From Octopus vulgaris (Eukaryota): a stretch of 64,000 bases of DNA. The position numbers were made by a program, and so were the translations under genes. The notes below the pieces were generated by a model that was given only the letters and a program-made list of their open reading frames with translations, searched no databases and had not been told where the DNA came from. This document shows, one piece after another, positions 38,775 through 51,525 of the stretch. Position 1 is the first letter of the stretch; every line of letters begins with the position of its first letter. The DNA is taken from contig OX597839.1 of NCBI GenBank assembly GCA_951406725.2, positions 24,056,001 to 24,120,000 on the forward strand, in the 5' to 3' direction.

Positions 38775-40188
38775 ATGGACAGGTATGTATATACATGTGC
38801 GTGTGTATAGAGGTATCTTAAGGGTAGATAGAGATGTGTGTGTGTTTGTGTATAGAATGAGGTGTTAGGAAACCAAAAAATCTCTCAAAATCGTGTGTAG
38901 TGACATTGGGAGGAAGTCAGAGCTTTAGAGATAAGGATATAGAGAGGGAAAGGACGAAGATAAGCGAGAGAGAGTATGGAGAGGAGTGAGCGTGCGTGTA
39001 GAGAGACAGATTGTATATATAGAGAGAGGATAGAGACAGCGTGTCTGATGAGAGCGACAGAGATAGAGTATGTGACTATGGAGAGATATAAGAGAAAGAG
39101 TATATGGTTAGAGGGAGAGGATGAGGATAGAGAGAGAGAGTGAAAGGTAGAGGATACAGAGAATGTAGAGAAGTGTGAGGAGAGACAGAGAGGTGGATGA
39201 TAGAGAAAGGTGCAGAAAGAGAGAGAGAGACAATGCCATATATATATAGAGGGGGAGGGTGAAGGTAGAGATAAATTGAATTATAGGGGAGGTAAGTACG
39301 GGGTGAGAGTTATAGAGGGAGAAAGGGGGGGAAAGATTAGAGAAAAAAAAAGAGGACGTAAGGAAAGAATAGAGAGGGGGATAAAAAAAAAGAAAGGGTA
39401 AAAAAACCGAGCGAAAGAGATAGAGAGAGCTTTGGGGTGTAGGGTTAGGTAGAAAGAAAAGTGAGGGGTGGCAGGAAGTTTGAGAAGAGTGATGAAGGGG
39501 AGGGGAGACGAGAATGGACGTTTACATGTGGGTGTGCACCACTGACGGCAAGTGGAACGAGTGTATATATATATATATATATATGTATAGGTGCGTGTGT
39601 ATATTTATATATATATATATATATATATACACGCTCTCAGACGGTTTTGCTGCTAAGTTATGAAACCACAGTAAATGGTTATTTTACTAGCACCAAGTTT
39701 GTGCTCTTCCAATGGAGCTGGGGTTTTTTTTTTTGTGTCTTTCGTTCTTTAGTCGCCAACATTGATCGGTCGATGGTGAAAAAAAAAATAGAGAGAGAAG
39801 GTGAAGTCGAAGCCAGGATCGGAAGAACAGAAGGTTGGGTGTGTGTGTGGAGAGAGAGAGAGAGAGTAAATAAAGTGTGTCTATTGAGAGAAAGTCGACC
39901 AAAAGTCTGGTACCATTAGCTTTTAAGAGTCGTCGAAGAAATAAGAAGCAATGGTATCATCACCATCATCAACATAATAATGTGTCGAGGAGGGAAGGAA
40001 CAGACCAAGCAAAGAATATATATATGTATATATTGGTCGGTTGATGAAAGACCAGCGACTGTGGCAGAATTATCAGAGCAGCGGGCACCAAATGGAATCA
40101 TCTTTTGCAGAGAATAACTACAGTGCAGGGAGGTGGGGGAAGAGAAGAGACACACAAACCATTCTATAGACAAAATAGTTATGAGTGA

Positions 40189-40227
<39 letters not shown>

Positions 40228-43189
40228 ATACGCATATACAGAGTGAAGGGGAAATAGCTGTTTGTATACACGTTTCGTTCATGCTTTGAAGCGTGTGTAT
40301 ATATATATATACGAATACATACACACACAATGTATATAGTGTATGTATACACATATATGTATATGTAGTGTGTGTGTGTGTGTGTATATATGTGTTATTC
40401 ACACACATGCTAGTAAAGCATACACACACACACAATGTATATAGTGTATGTATATGTGTGTTGTTCACACACATGCTAGTAAAGCATACACACACACACA
40501 CGTGTGTGTGTACACACGCACACCTCCAGTAACCTTCCTGTGTGAGTTCTTCTCCTCCATTCCAATCTCTCACGGAACCAAGCAAACAGTATATATATAT
40601 ATGGAGTATCTTGGAAAATGTGAAGAGCGACTGGCTCTCCTCTCTTATTTTCCCAAGCCACGACGAAATTCGTCCGACTCCATTCAAGCTGCCAGCAAAG
40701 CCAAGTCTGTCACTGTCGTCCGTACATTAAAATATAATATAATGTTCCCAACTATTACCACAACCGCTGCGACAGAGAGAGGGGGAGAGAGAGAGATTAA
40801 AGAGGCAGATAGGGAAAGGGGAGAGAGAAAGACGGGAGAAAGAGAGTGGGAGTGCTACCAGTGACACACAGAGAGGGGGAGTGAGTGTTTATGTAATGTC
40901 GTAGAGAGAGGGGAAAGAGCGAGACGGAGAGCGTGTGTGTGTAGTGTTATAGAGAGGGGGAAGAGCGAGGCGAAGAGTGTGTGTATTGTTACAGAGGGAG
41001 GGAAAGAAGAAAGAGTGTAGGTGATGTTGTGTATAGAGAGGGGGCAATGAACGAAAGAGAGAGAGAGCGAGCGTGTGTGCGCTCTCCATCTTGGAAAAAG
41101 CTAGCAACAATAAAAGAGCAGAATATTTCACTCACCTCATTGGTTTAATTAAGCCGAACCAGTTTAGCTGATTAGAAGTAGGGGCAGTGTTGTGTCCAGT
41201 GGTGTTGTTACGAGTGAGGAGGACCAGAGTAAGGTGATGGCCGAACACTCGGTCCCCTTGTAGACCTTAAGTCAGGTGGGAGAGGCCTGAGAAACGCACA
41301 GAACCCACCGAGAAGTGTTCGCTGGAGCTGGCGAAGACGATCCAATATGGCGCCTTACCCTGCCTAGAAAAGCTGCCAGTGGTGCTACTTTGCTTACGAA
41401 GACGATGGCGACGGCGACCAGGGCAGTGGAAGCAGCCACCACACACACACACACACACACTGCTGCCTGTCTTCTCTCTCTCTCTCTCTCTGCTTTTAAC
41501 AAACCGCTGCTTTGCTTATTATTATTACTACTTCCACTACCTCGGCCTCCTCGCTAACAAAACTCTTTTTCAACTCCCTGTACCATCTACTACTTTTCTG
41601 CTGATACTGCCGACTGGTTTCGCTACACGGTTTTTACTTTTTTTTCTTCTTCTCTCTCGCCTCTTCTCCAACAACTGCTGTTCCATCTTCATACACACAT
41701 CATTTTTTCTCTCTCTATCACACCAGACCCCTCAATCTATATATATATATATATATATTTTACCCTGCCGTCATCAATAACATTATCGTTATTATTAATT
41801 ACTCCCGTAATTGTGATTAAGAAAAAAAAAAAAAGGCCCTTTAACGTGACGACTGGAGGAAGTTGGAAAAAAAAAAAAAGGTCTTAAAAAAGGGAGGAAA
41901 AAAAAAGCTTGGCAGGACTTTTTGACAACAAACTAATTATAAAAATTAACACCCAAGACATTATTACATTGATGGATGTGGGCGGGGGAAGCAAAAGTTA
42001 GAAAGCGCGCACCTTGGTTAAAAAGGGGGCGAGGCTGGCCCGAGTTGTGGACCCTGCAGGGCAGGTGGATATAACAGCGTGCAATTACAAACGAGTCATT
42101 CACCGTCGCTAATGGAGCAATTAAAAGTTAGCTAATTAATACGTAACACACGTACACAGTCAATGATCTCTCTCACAACAAGCAAAGGTTGAGAGAAATA
42201 CCTCCGATTATATGTAAATACACACACACACATATATATGTATATATATGTATTAAATACATCAGCGTGTCTCCTCACTACTGCCTGACAATCGACGTTG
42301 GTTTGTTTACGTCCCTGTAACTTAACGGTTCGGTCGATGTAGATTAAGCACCAGGCTCAAAAATGTAACTACTGCGGTCGATTCATTCGACCCTACTAAC
42401 CCTTCAGGGTGGTGCCCCAGCGTGGGCGCCGTCCAATGACTAAAATAAACAAAAAAAATACGTCTATGTGTGTATGCTGTCTGAAAAAAAAGATAAGAAA
42501 CTTGTTTATATAGTGAAAAGGAGGGGGGCAGATTTAAATTTTATTTCAGAAAGAAGCAGACTTTACAGAGAGAAAGAAGGGGGAAATGGTGACGGTGTTT
42601 GATGAAAAAGTAAATATTTGTTAATAATGTCATCGGGGGTGAGAGTGTAATTGAACGTCGCTAAGTGCTATGTTGTTAACTGTGTTGTGATGTTTTAAGT
42701 GCTAGCAACACTTGCCGCTGCCGACGACGACCAGAGAGAGGAAAAAAGCCCACTGTAGCTGACAAATATAAAAGAAGGCTGGGCAGTCAGCAGAGACGAC
42801 GATGACAAACCGACAGAAGCCGTGCTTGGACTAGATAGATACATACTAATACTACTAGAACAACAACCAATAACTACTACTGCTGCTGTTGTTAATCGGT
42901 GTTGTTTAGATTAGCATATTAACAATCCACTAAATACGGCAAACAGTCAGGCTAATTTGACGGCCCACACTCTTTCTATCTCTCTCCTCTCTACTCCACA
43001 TTTTAAGTACGTTTCTATTGCATAGAACAATAATGCTTTCTTTCTCTTTAGATTTTCGAAAAAAGCAATCAAACTGCAGCAGTTTTGTTGGTTTTTTCTT
43101 TTAATTTTTTTACTTTTCAGGACAGAAAAGGTTGCGACGTGACGTTCATGCCCCTCCCAAAAAAGTATTTGCAACGACGTTAGATATAT

Positions 43190-43313
43190 AAGATCGCGGT
43201 GGCCCGGTTTCCATCCGACTTTAAGGTGAGTTTGGGTCATTATATATATATATATATATATAATGACCCAAACTCACCTTAAAGTCGGATGGAAACCGGG
43301 CCACCGCGATCTT
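43190..43313. repeat. Perfect 124-bp palindrome: 51-bp unique arms around (TA)11
   Basis: 43190-43240 is the exact reverse complement of 43263-43313; the two ORFs starting MTQTHLKVGWKPGHRDL on opposite strands reflect this. Confidence 0.95.
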
Positions 43314-43871
43314 GGTTGGCGTGACGATACACATGTAACACAACCAAGCAGAAATGTAAACACTCGGTGGTCGGTCGTTCACCCGACAGTGGCTGGAGTA
43401 GAATCACGATCGATCTCTTATCGATATTTTAATTGTAAAAAAAACAAAAAAAAACCAGAACGGACACATTGGATAAATATTTACGGTCCGAAATGTCCAG
43501 CGGAATTTCTCTGATCAGAGGATATACAACTGGCTGTCGCAGATGACCTAGGGTTAAAAACGACAACGACCACGGCGAGAGAGCTTCTTTGATCTATTGG
43601 AAATAACAGCAGACTCGACTTCAATTCACATCCTGCTGCCTGAAAATAAAGGATATCCTTCGAAGTCCCACAACTCTTGGGGAAAGGAAAAAGGGTATTT
43701 TTTCCTTCTCCAAAATTTTTTTTTAAAAACTATTCTTGTGTCTCATACAACGGAAATTATGATTCGGAAATCCGCCACCCTCACAACTTCTGTACTCTCT
43801 TGCTTTCCCATGACGTATGGGACTTCGAAGGATAACTATTCCATTTATAAAACTTCGCCAGAAGAAGAATA

Positions 43872-44027
43872 GGAGTGGCTGTGTGGTAAGTAGCTTGCTA
43901 ACCAACCACATGGTTCCGGGCTCAGTCCCACTGCATGGCATCTTGGGCAAGTGTCTTCTGCTATAGCCCCGGGCCGACCAATGCCTTGTGAGTGGATTTG
44001 GTAGACGGAAACTGAAAGAAGCCTGTC

Positions 44028-44111
<84 letters not shown>

Positions 44112-44320
44112 TTATATGTGTGTGTGTTTGTGTTTGTCCCCCTAGCATTGCTTGACAAACGATGCTGGTGTGTTTACGTCCCCGTCACTTAGCGGTTCGG
44201 CAAAAGAGACCGATAGAATAAGTACTGGGCTTACAAAGAATAAGTCCCGGGGTGAGTTGCTCGATTAAAGGCGGTGCTCCAGCATGGCCGCAGTCAAATG
44301 ACTGAAACAAGTAAAAGAGT
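43872..44320 (+). mobile_element. SINE family A with internal microsatellite
   Basis: Full-length copy with CpGs retained, flanked by aagaata repeats. Confidence 0.88.
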
Positions 44321-44664
44321 AAGAATATAGTGACCGGAATATAAAGTAAAACGCAAAAAAAATGATGGTCACGTTTGGAGTGGTTAAGCGATGACAAACT
44401 CAACCAGTCGGTCTGTAACAATTTTAGTCACAACACCCAACGACGATGGCATGGCTGGAATGTCTGCAGCTAACTTCTCCTTCACCGACCTTCGGACTCC
44501 TATTTTGTCCCTTCCAAATCAGCAACTTTAATTACTGTGGATTAATAATGCCAGTTTAATGAATGAAGTAGGCGTAAGCGTGGCTGAGTGGTCAAAAGTT
44601 AGCTTCCCGACCACAGGGCTCCGAGTTCAGTCCCACTGCATGATAGCTTGGGCAAGTGTCTTTT

Positions 44665-44809
44665 GCCGAGGTCGACTTTACCTTTCATCCCTTCGGGGTC
44701 GATAAATTAAGTACCAGTTACGCACTGGGGTCGATATAATTGACTTAATCCATTTGTCTGTCCTTGTGTGTCCCCTCTATGTTTAGCCCCTTGTGGGCAA
44801 TAAAGAAAT
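44665..44809 (+). mobile_element. 5'-truncated SINE family B nested inside a family A copy (about 44570-44945)
   Basis: 11-bp TSD aagtgtctttt (44654-44664, 44810-44820); the host element resumes after the insertion. Confidence 0.85.
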
Positions 44810-45384
44810 AAGTGTCTTTTACTGTAGCCCCAATCAAAGCCCTGTATGTGGAGTCGGTAGACAGAAACTGAAAGAAGGCCCTTTCGGTTAATATTCTTCG
44901 AGGCAGTGCTCCAGTATGGCCACAGTCTAATAACTGAAAGGAGTAAAAACAAAAACAAAAAGAAAGAAATGATAACGGAAGTCGACAAGAAGTGGGGGGG
45001 GGGGACCGGGGCGGAGTCCAGCGCACAGAAATAGAATCACGCGCACACGCATACGTTTGTGTATACAAAACGGGAGTGGACATATAGTCACGCAAGTTCG
45101 CCTGGCTTCGAAGATAAAAGTACCCCTAAACAAAACAAACTTAATACGTGTACACACACACACACACACACACACCTACGTTGCAAAGGATATAACATTT
45201 AATCACTTAATCCATAATCGTCGGTTCGACAAAATGCACTTTGTCGAACAAACGATTACGAATTAAACGTTTAATCTGAGTTTTTCTATTCTAAGTGGTC
45301 GGACATTGCTTCCTTGAACTTCTCAACTCATCCAATATATATATAATATATATATATTGATAAAACGGTAAGATAACAAAAGAG

Positions 45385-45470
<86 letters not shown>

Positions 45471-45986
45471 TACACACACACTGCCATATTTTCTTCCGTA
45501 ACTGTCAACTCTGAAGAGCGTAGGGTTATATAATTGGGCTGTTACCTAACATCCCGTCGAAACCCTAGTGCGAAACTGATTGCTAAGATCGGCTGTAATG
45601 GATATAGGATACTGTACACTTTGATTAGTATATCCGTGCGTGTGTGTAGAAAGCAATATGTGTGTGTTCATCAATCGCTCTTTTAAATAAAAAGAATTTC
45701 TAAAATTACAGTGAAGGCGATAATAATAATAATAATAATAATAATGATTGTTATTATTTTTATTATTATTTCAAATTTTTGCCACAAGGGCAGCTTATGG
45801 GAGGTAGGGACGAGTCGATTACATTGACTGCCCCCTCTACCCCGTTCAACTGGTATTTATTTTATCGACCCCGAAAGGATGAAAAGCAAAGTCGATGTCG
45901 GTGGAATTTGATCTCAGAACGTAAAGACGGACGAAATGCCGCTAAGCATTTCGTCCAGCGTGCTAACGATTCTGCCAGTTCGCCGC

Positions 45987-46019
<33 letters not shown>

Positions 46020-46189
46020 TTGTTCTTTTATTGGCCACAAGGGCTGATAAAAATTAATTATAACATAAAGGGACAAAACAGGACGAAAGGTTACATACAA
46101 AGGGTTTTGTCCGTTTGTAAAATCGAGTAAAAAAACAGTTTAACAAAACGAAAAAATTCCCCCGGCAAATAGAACTAAATATATTTGCA

Positions 46190-46786
46190 GGTGTCAGAAT
46201 CGTTAGCATACCTGATGAAATGCTCAGCGGTATTTCGTCTGCGTTACGTTGTGAGTTCAAATTCCGCCAAGGTCGACTTTGCCTTTCATCCTTTCGGGGT
46301 CGATAAATTAAGTACCAGTTACGCACTGGGGTCGATCTAATCGACTTAATACCTATGTCTGTCCTTGTTTGTTCCCTCTGTGTTTAGCCCCTTGTGGGTA
46401 GTAAAGAAATAGGTATTTCGTCTGCTGCTACGTTCTGAGTTCGAATTCTGCCGAGGTCGACTTTGCCTTTCATCCTTTCGGGGTCGATAAATTAAGTACC
46501 AGTAACGCACTGGGGTCGATGTAATCGACTTAATACCTATGTCTGTCCTTGTTTGTTCCCTCTGTGTTTAGCCCCTTGTGGGTAGTAAAGAAATAGGTAT
46601 TTCGTCTGCTGCTACGTTCTGAGTTCGAATTCTGCCGAGGTCGACTTTGCCTTTCATCCTTTCGGGGTCGATAAATTAAGTACCAGTTACACACTGGGGT
46701 CGATGTAATCGACTTAATACCTATGTCTGTCCTTGTTTGTCCCCTCTATGTTTATAGCCCCTTGTGGGTAGTAAAGAAATAGGTAT
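46190..46786 (+). repeat. Head-to-tail trimer of SINE family B (units of 183, 184 and 186 bp)
   Basis: Units start at ggtatttcgtc at 46229, 46412 and 46596, and each ends in aaagaaata. Confidence 0.9.
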
Positions 46787-47123
46787 GAAGTGATCCGAGG
46801 TCCTGGTGACTTGACTACAACCAGTTTAACAGCGAAAGACGCCGATTCGATGAAGAAGAGGCAGGAGAGAAAGAAAAAAGAAAAGCAAAAGAAAAGAAAA
46901 GAAAGACGAGTGGTGGGGGAGGAGGGGGAATGGGGGGGGGGGAGAAAAACGAAAAAAAAAAAAAATTGAGAGAGAGGAGTTGAAAAGCGACCAAACATTG
47001 AAATGAACAGGAAACGAAAGGCAGAAATGTAAGATTGACAAAAATACACATTAAAAGAAGCATCTATTTTCGGATTTACACGTTTATTCCACTTCACTGA
47101 ACTTTCGGAGTTTAATCTCTTAC

Positions 47124-47400
47124 CTCGTTCCTCCCCCCCTCTTGCCTTCTTCAACCCTTCTTCGTAAGAGACAGAGACAGGCGGAGAGAGAGAGAAAGAG
47201 AGAGACACACGTTATATATATATATATATATATACATACATACACACGCTAATCAATTAATTAGGTTCTGTGAAGCTTATGTGGTGGAAACAAATAAGCT
47301 GTTAGCACCAATAACAGTTAAAACAAGAAAATTAACAAGGCAAACCCGTTCGCTCAACCTCAAACCGCCGCCGCCATCTTCCTACCACTCCCGGAACGTT
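47124..47400 (-). promoter_or_regulatory. Candidate internal promoter / non-coding first exon of RERE
   Basis: Perfect YY1 motif AAGATGGCGGC (47380-47370, minus), CCGGAA at 47391, and a downstream donor GAG|gtaaga at 47124/47123, in a CpG-rich context. Motif-based only. Confidence 0.35.
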
Positions 47401-47929
47401 TTGCTTGGAGAACGATGAGGGGTGGGGGTGGCGGCGACGACGAATGGGGTGTAGTGGTGGTGGTGGTGGTGGTGGCGGTGGCTGCGGGGACGAGGCGGAA
47501 TGGCTGAGAATTAGAGTAAATTAACAGCGAGGAACAACCTCATTTACCGACTGATCAAACCAATACTCAGTCACTCTCCCCACCCCCGCTCTCTCTCTCC
47601 CTTTCCCCTCTTGATATGATACCAGCAGCAGCAGCAGCAGCAAGCCCTCCTCCCCCCCACCCTCTCTACCATCCAACCATCATCCTCCACCGTTGACAAT
47701 TGCTACAGATGTTTTTGTACACAAACCCTGCTATCAGTCTTTTAATCCTGTGTTGAATATTCTCTAATATTGATTTCTTTCAACACATATCCTCTAAACA
47801 CACACACACGCACCGTCTTTCGTGAAAACCTCCGCTTCTTTCCCTCCAGCACTTGGCTTTCGTCGCTCTCCCTCGTCTTCAAAAACCTATCGCTTCCAAC
47901 AAAGCTTTCTTTTCTCCTCTGCACCGATT

Positions 47930-47964
<35 letters not shown>

Positions 47965-48128
47965 CTACCAGCGAGGAAAAAAGCCTATAGACATTTAGTT
48001 CCAAAAGGAAATGAAATCGAGTTGGATAATTTCCTTAATTTTAAACAGTTACAGATCACAAACTAAGAGTGTGTTGTGCATATTATGAGGGAGGAAGGGA
48101 GAGAAAGACACTGTGTGTGTGTGTGTTT

Positions 48129-48164
<36 letters not shown>

Positions 48165-49060
48165 GAGAGACAGACAGACAGACACAGAGAGCGACTAGGT
48201 TTGATTGCTAGTTACAAAGTTACAAATCTCATAATTACTCTAAGATTCAATGAAATGCCAGACTGGAAAACAAGACTCCCAGTTCTCTGCCAACAACAAG
48301 AACCAACCAGCTAAGCCCTTACTAAACTCTCCAAATATTGTTATTCATCTGAACATTACAGATCTCTCCCTCGTAATAAACGAGGTTATTATTCATTCAG
48401 GAGATCCACAACCAATAGCCTAAATCGCCCCCCCCCCCCACCGACCGCGACCCCTATAACCTTTAACCTTGCAGTGTTAGGCAATCAGTCGTCCTTGTTT
48501 TACTATTATTCGGTTGTCTTCCATTGCAAGCCATTCCCCGGCGAAGGTGGCTGAGTCTTTCGCAGACGGCATCGACTTGCTTGCTGGAGGCCGACAAATA
48601 CAGGGGAATAAATATAGTCTCAGTTGTAGACCTTTGCAACTAACAGCTAATTCAACTTCGCCACTACACATATGCCCAATAAAATTCTTTATCCGCACAA
48701 TATAAGTTAATCAAAAAGCCATAAAGCCATTCTTTTCGGCTGGGTTTTACGACCAGTTTTGAGCTGAATACAATTTCTTTAATACAATTCAAACTCGGCC
48801 TCGTAAAATATGCATCAATACATTGGGGGTGGGGTGGGGGGGGGGGGAGATGCGGCGGCGGCGGCGGAGGAGGAGGAAGAGAAGGCGGTGGAGGTGTTGG
48901 AGGAAGCGAGAGGCTGGTGGGAAAGAAATACGTAATATTCATGGAGAATATTATTCCCCTATTTCTGTATTTTCTTTCAACGTTTATTTATTTATATTGG
49001 CTCAAAGTGGAACAACAGAATTAAAACCTAACCACCAGCACATATCTATATCTATATCTA

Positions 49061-49114
<54 letters not shown>

Positions 49115-50036
49115 TGAACTGTTCACACCCAACTTTGTAATTTCTTATATGTCTTGAGAAAGAGAGAGAGAGAGAGAGACAGGGGGTGAGAGAGCGTTAA
49201 AATAATTAGTGTTTGTGGTTTGAGATCGTGGAGTGGCCTTGTATATTAATTCACAGTGGGAAAGTAATCCGAAGACCAACAGCACAGCACTGACTGAAGC
49301 TATTGTGAACTCTTTGATCTTGTGCGAGAGTCTCTGAGAAACTTGTTTAGCCAGGGCAGAAACAGAACAGAAACGGTTATCGGGTACAAATGTGTACTTT
49401 ACTACACAGACTTTTATAGCGATTGCCTGACAATTGTTCGGTGTCTGTAGCAGCAAATGGCTGTACTTGGAACAGTTCTTCACCAAAAGGTTTTGCATTT
49501 TTTTTTTTTTTGTTCCTCGTCAGTTTTTTTTGGCAAAATGACAAAGCAGTTCTGATTCCAAGGTTAACCAAATTACTTCTTCAGTTTCCTTTCCTGGTTC
49601 CATTCTGTGAGGATAAATAAAAGCCATTGCAGAAACTCGCAGCTCCCGAACATACCGCCTTAACCCTGAGCAAAAGCACCCCATTGTGCAAGTTTGGTGC
49701 TTAGAGGTCCTCAATTGTTCAACAGCTTACCTAAGCAAGTCAGAAATTTAAAATGGACCTTTACATTAAACGAAAACATTGGATAAACTAACGATGGTAC
49801 CAGACTCGGAGAAGATGACCAGCTACAGACTCAAACACAGACCCACTTCCTACCACAAAGTGACAACAAAACTAATAGGATATAAGTTCAAGTGGTGCTC
49901 CAGCATAGCTGAAACCATTAAAAGAACCTGGATCAATTGATAGTGTGTGTGTGTGTGTGTGTGAGTTACACCTGAGTCACATAAGAATTAGGAAGCGTAA
50001 ACAGAGACAGAACATTACTTTACACATTACACTAAC

Positions 50037-50426
50037 TGGTGGAAGCACTCCATCGGCTATGACGACAAGGGTTCCGGTTGATCCGAATCAACGGAACAGC
50101 CTGCTCGTGAAATTAACGTGTAAGTGGCTGAGCACTCCACAGACACGTGTACCCTTAACGTAGTTCTCGGGGATATTCAGCGTGACACAGAGAGTGACAA
50201 GGCCGGCCCCTTGAAATACAGGTACAACAGAAACAGGAAGTAAGAGTGAGAGAAAGTTGTGGTGAAAGAGTACAGCAGGGATCACCACCATCCCCTGCCG
50301 GAGCCTCGTGGAGCTTTTAGGTGTTTTCGCTCAATAAACACTCACAACACCCGGTCTGGGAATCGAAACCGCGATCCTATGACCGCGAGTCCGCTGTCAT
50401 AACCACTGGGCCATTGAGCCTCCACT
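50037..50426 (-). mobile_element. tRNA-derived SINE family C
   Basis: Same family; TSD-like attacactaac/attatactaac. Confidence 0.9.
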
Positions 50427-50541
50427 ATTATACTAACAACAACATAAAAAGAAGACGGACATTAACAAAATGGCTACCCCCACCTCTCCTAACACTGTTG
50501 CTGCTTCTACACAATGTACTTGGTTTCTCCATGCTTTAACC

Positions 50542-50807
50542 CAGGAGTTCTCAATTGGGCTCCATATGGCCCTTCAAGGGCCACATAACATTTCACTGTT
50601 AAAGTTTATGAGCAATAAGATCACTTATACTTCTCCGACACACAAAATATGTGAACAGCTTTTTTTTTTATTCAATTCCTTATAATATTTAAATATAAAA
50701 ATATAATGGGACTTTTTTTTTAAAAAAACATTAAATGTTTACTAGGGTCCAGTAAAATAAGAGCCAAAGGGGTCAATAGGTGAAAAAAAAATGGTCAAGA
50801 ACCACTG
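50542..50807. mobile_element. hAT-type MITE with CAGNGGTTCTCAA-like ends (related copy 10415-10895 with a nested SINE B; fragments about 15950-16065, 22175-22250)
   Basis: Ends caggagttctcaa / tcaagaaccactg; 8-bp TSD ctttaacc/cttgaacc. Confidence 0.72.
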
Positions 50808-51525
50808 CTTGAACCCTTCAAATATATTGTTTTCAATTGATCCTGCATCATCTGATAGTTTTGACATTTCAATGATATGATTGTTTATTTTTAAAATGAC
50901 ATTGTAGGCTAAGTGCAAGAGGCTGGATCTGGCCAGTTAAAAAGCTAAAAGGTTACAGAATTACCAATCAATGTATACCCATATTTAGTTTCAGGCAAGC
51001 CCTAGATTCAGCAGTTCCATGGTCACACAAGCATGTTCTAATGTTTACCCAAGACAATACACCCAAGAATCTCATTAGCTAAAGAGTCTCTATTTGATAA
51101 GAGAGCAAGGTGTGATTTGAGTGAAATCTGGCTGCTGTTTCTAACAAATGACCAAGTAGGAGCCGAAGCTACCTTGCAGTCAACGTTGAGGACAAAGAAG
51201 CGAACGTTTGAAGTTTGTCTTAGAAACTTCCGATGCTTAGAGAAAGAACCAGACTGGAAATCTAAATAGAAAGCTCAGACTAAAAGCAGGGAGACTCACG
51301 TGCAACGCGCCCCCCCCCCCCGCCAATCCCTGAAGCGTCAAAACAAATTTTGGTTAAATCATAAAAGATGAGATTTTTATTAACACATTCCAGTGTGAAG
51401 CAAGTAAAATTTATTTGCACAAAATCCTTAAATTAATATAAGTACATCCCACCATACAAAAAAAACCAAACCCCCCCAAAAAAACAACCTTGCATTATTT
51501 ACAAGATTGCTATCATCATCATCGT

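Noticed and set aside
46212-46240. CTGATGA hammerhead-like core at the head of the SINE trimer (also CTGACGA at 33451 minus, 35458 and 35959)
   Set aside because: No helix II plus GAAA plus helix III/UH arrangement follows; at 46212 it is a variant of the SINE head.
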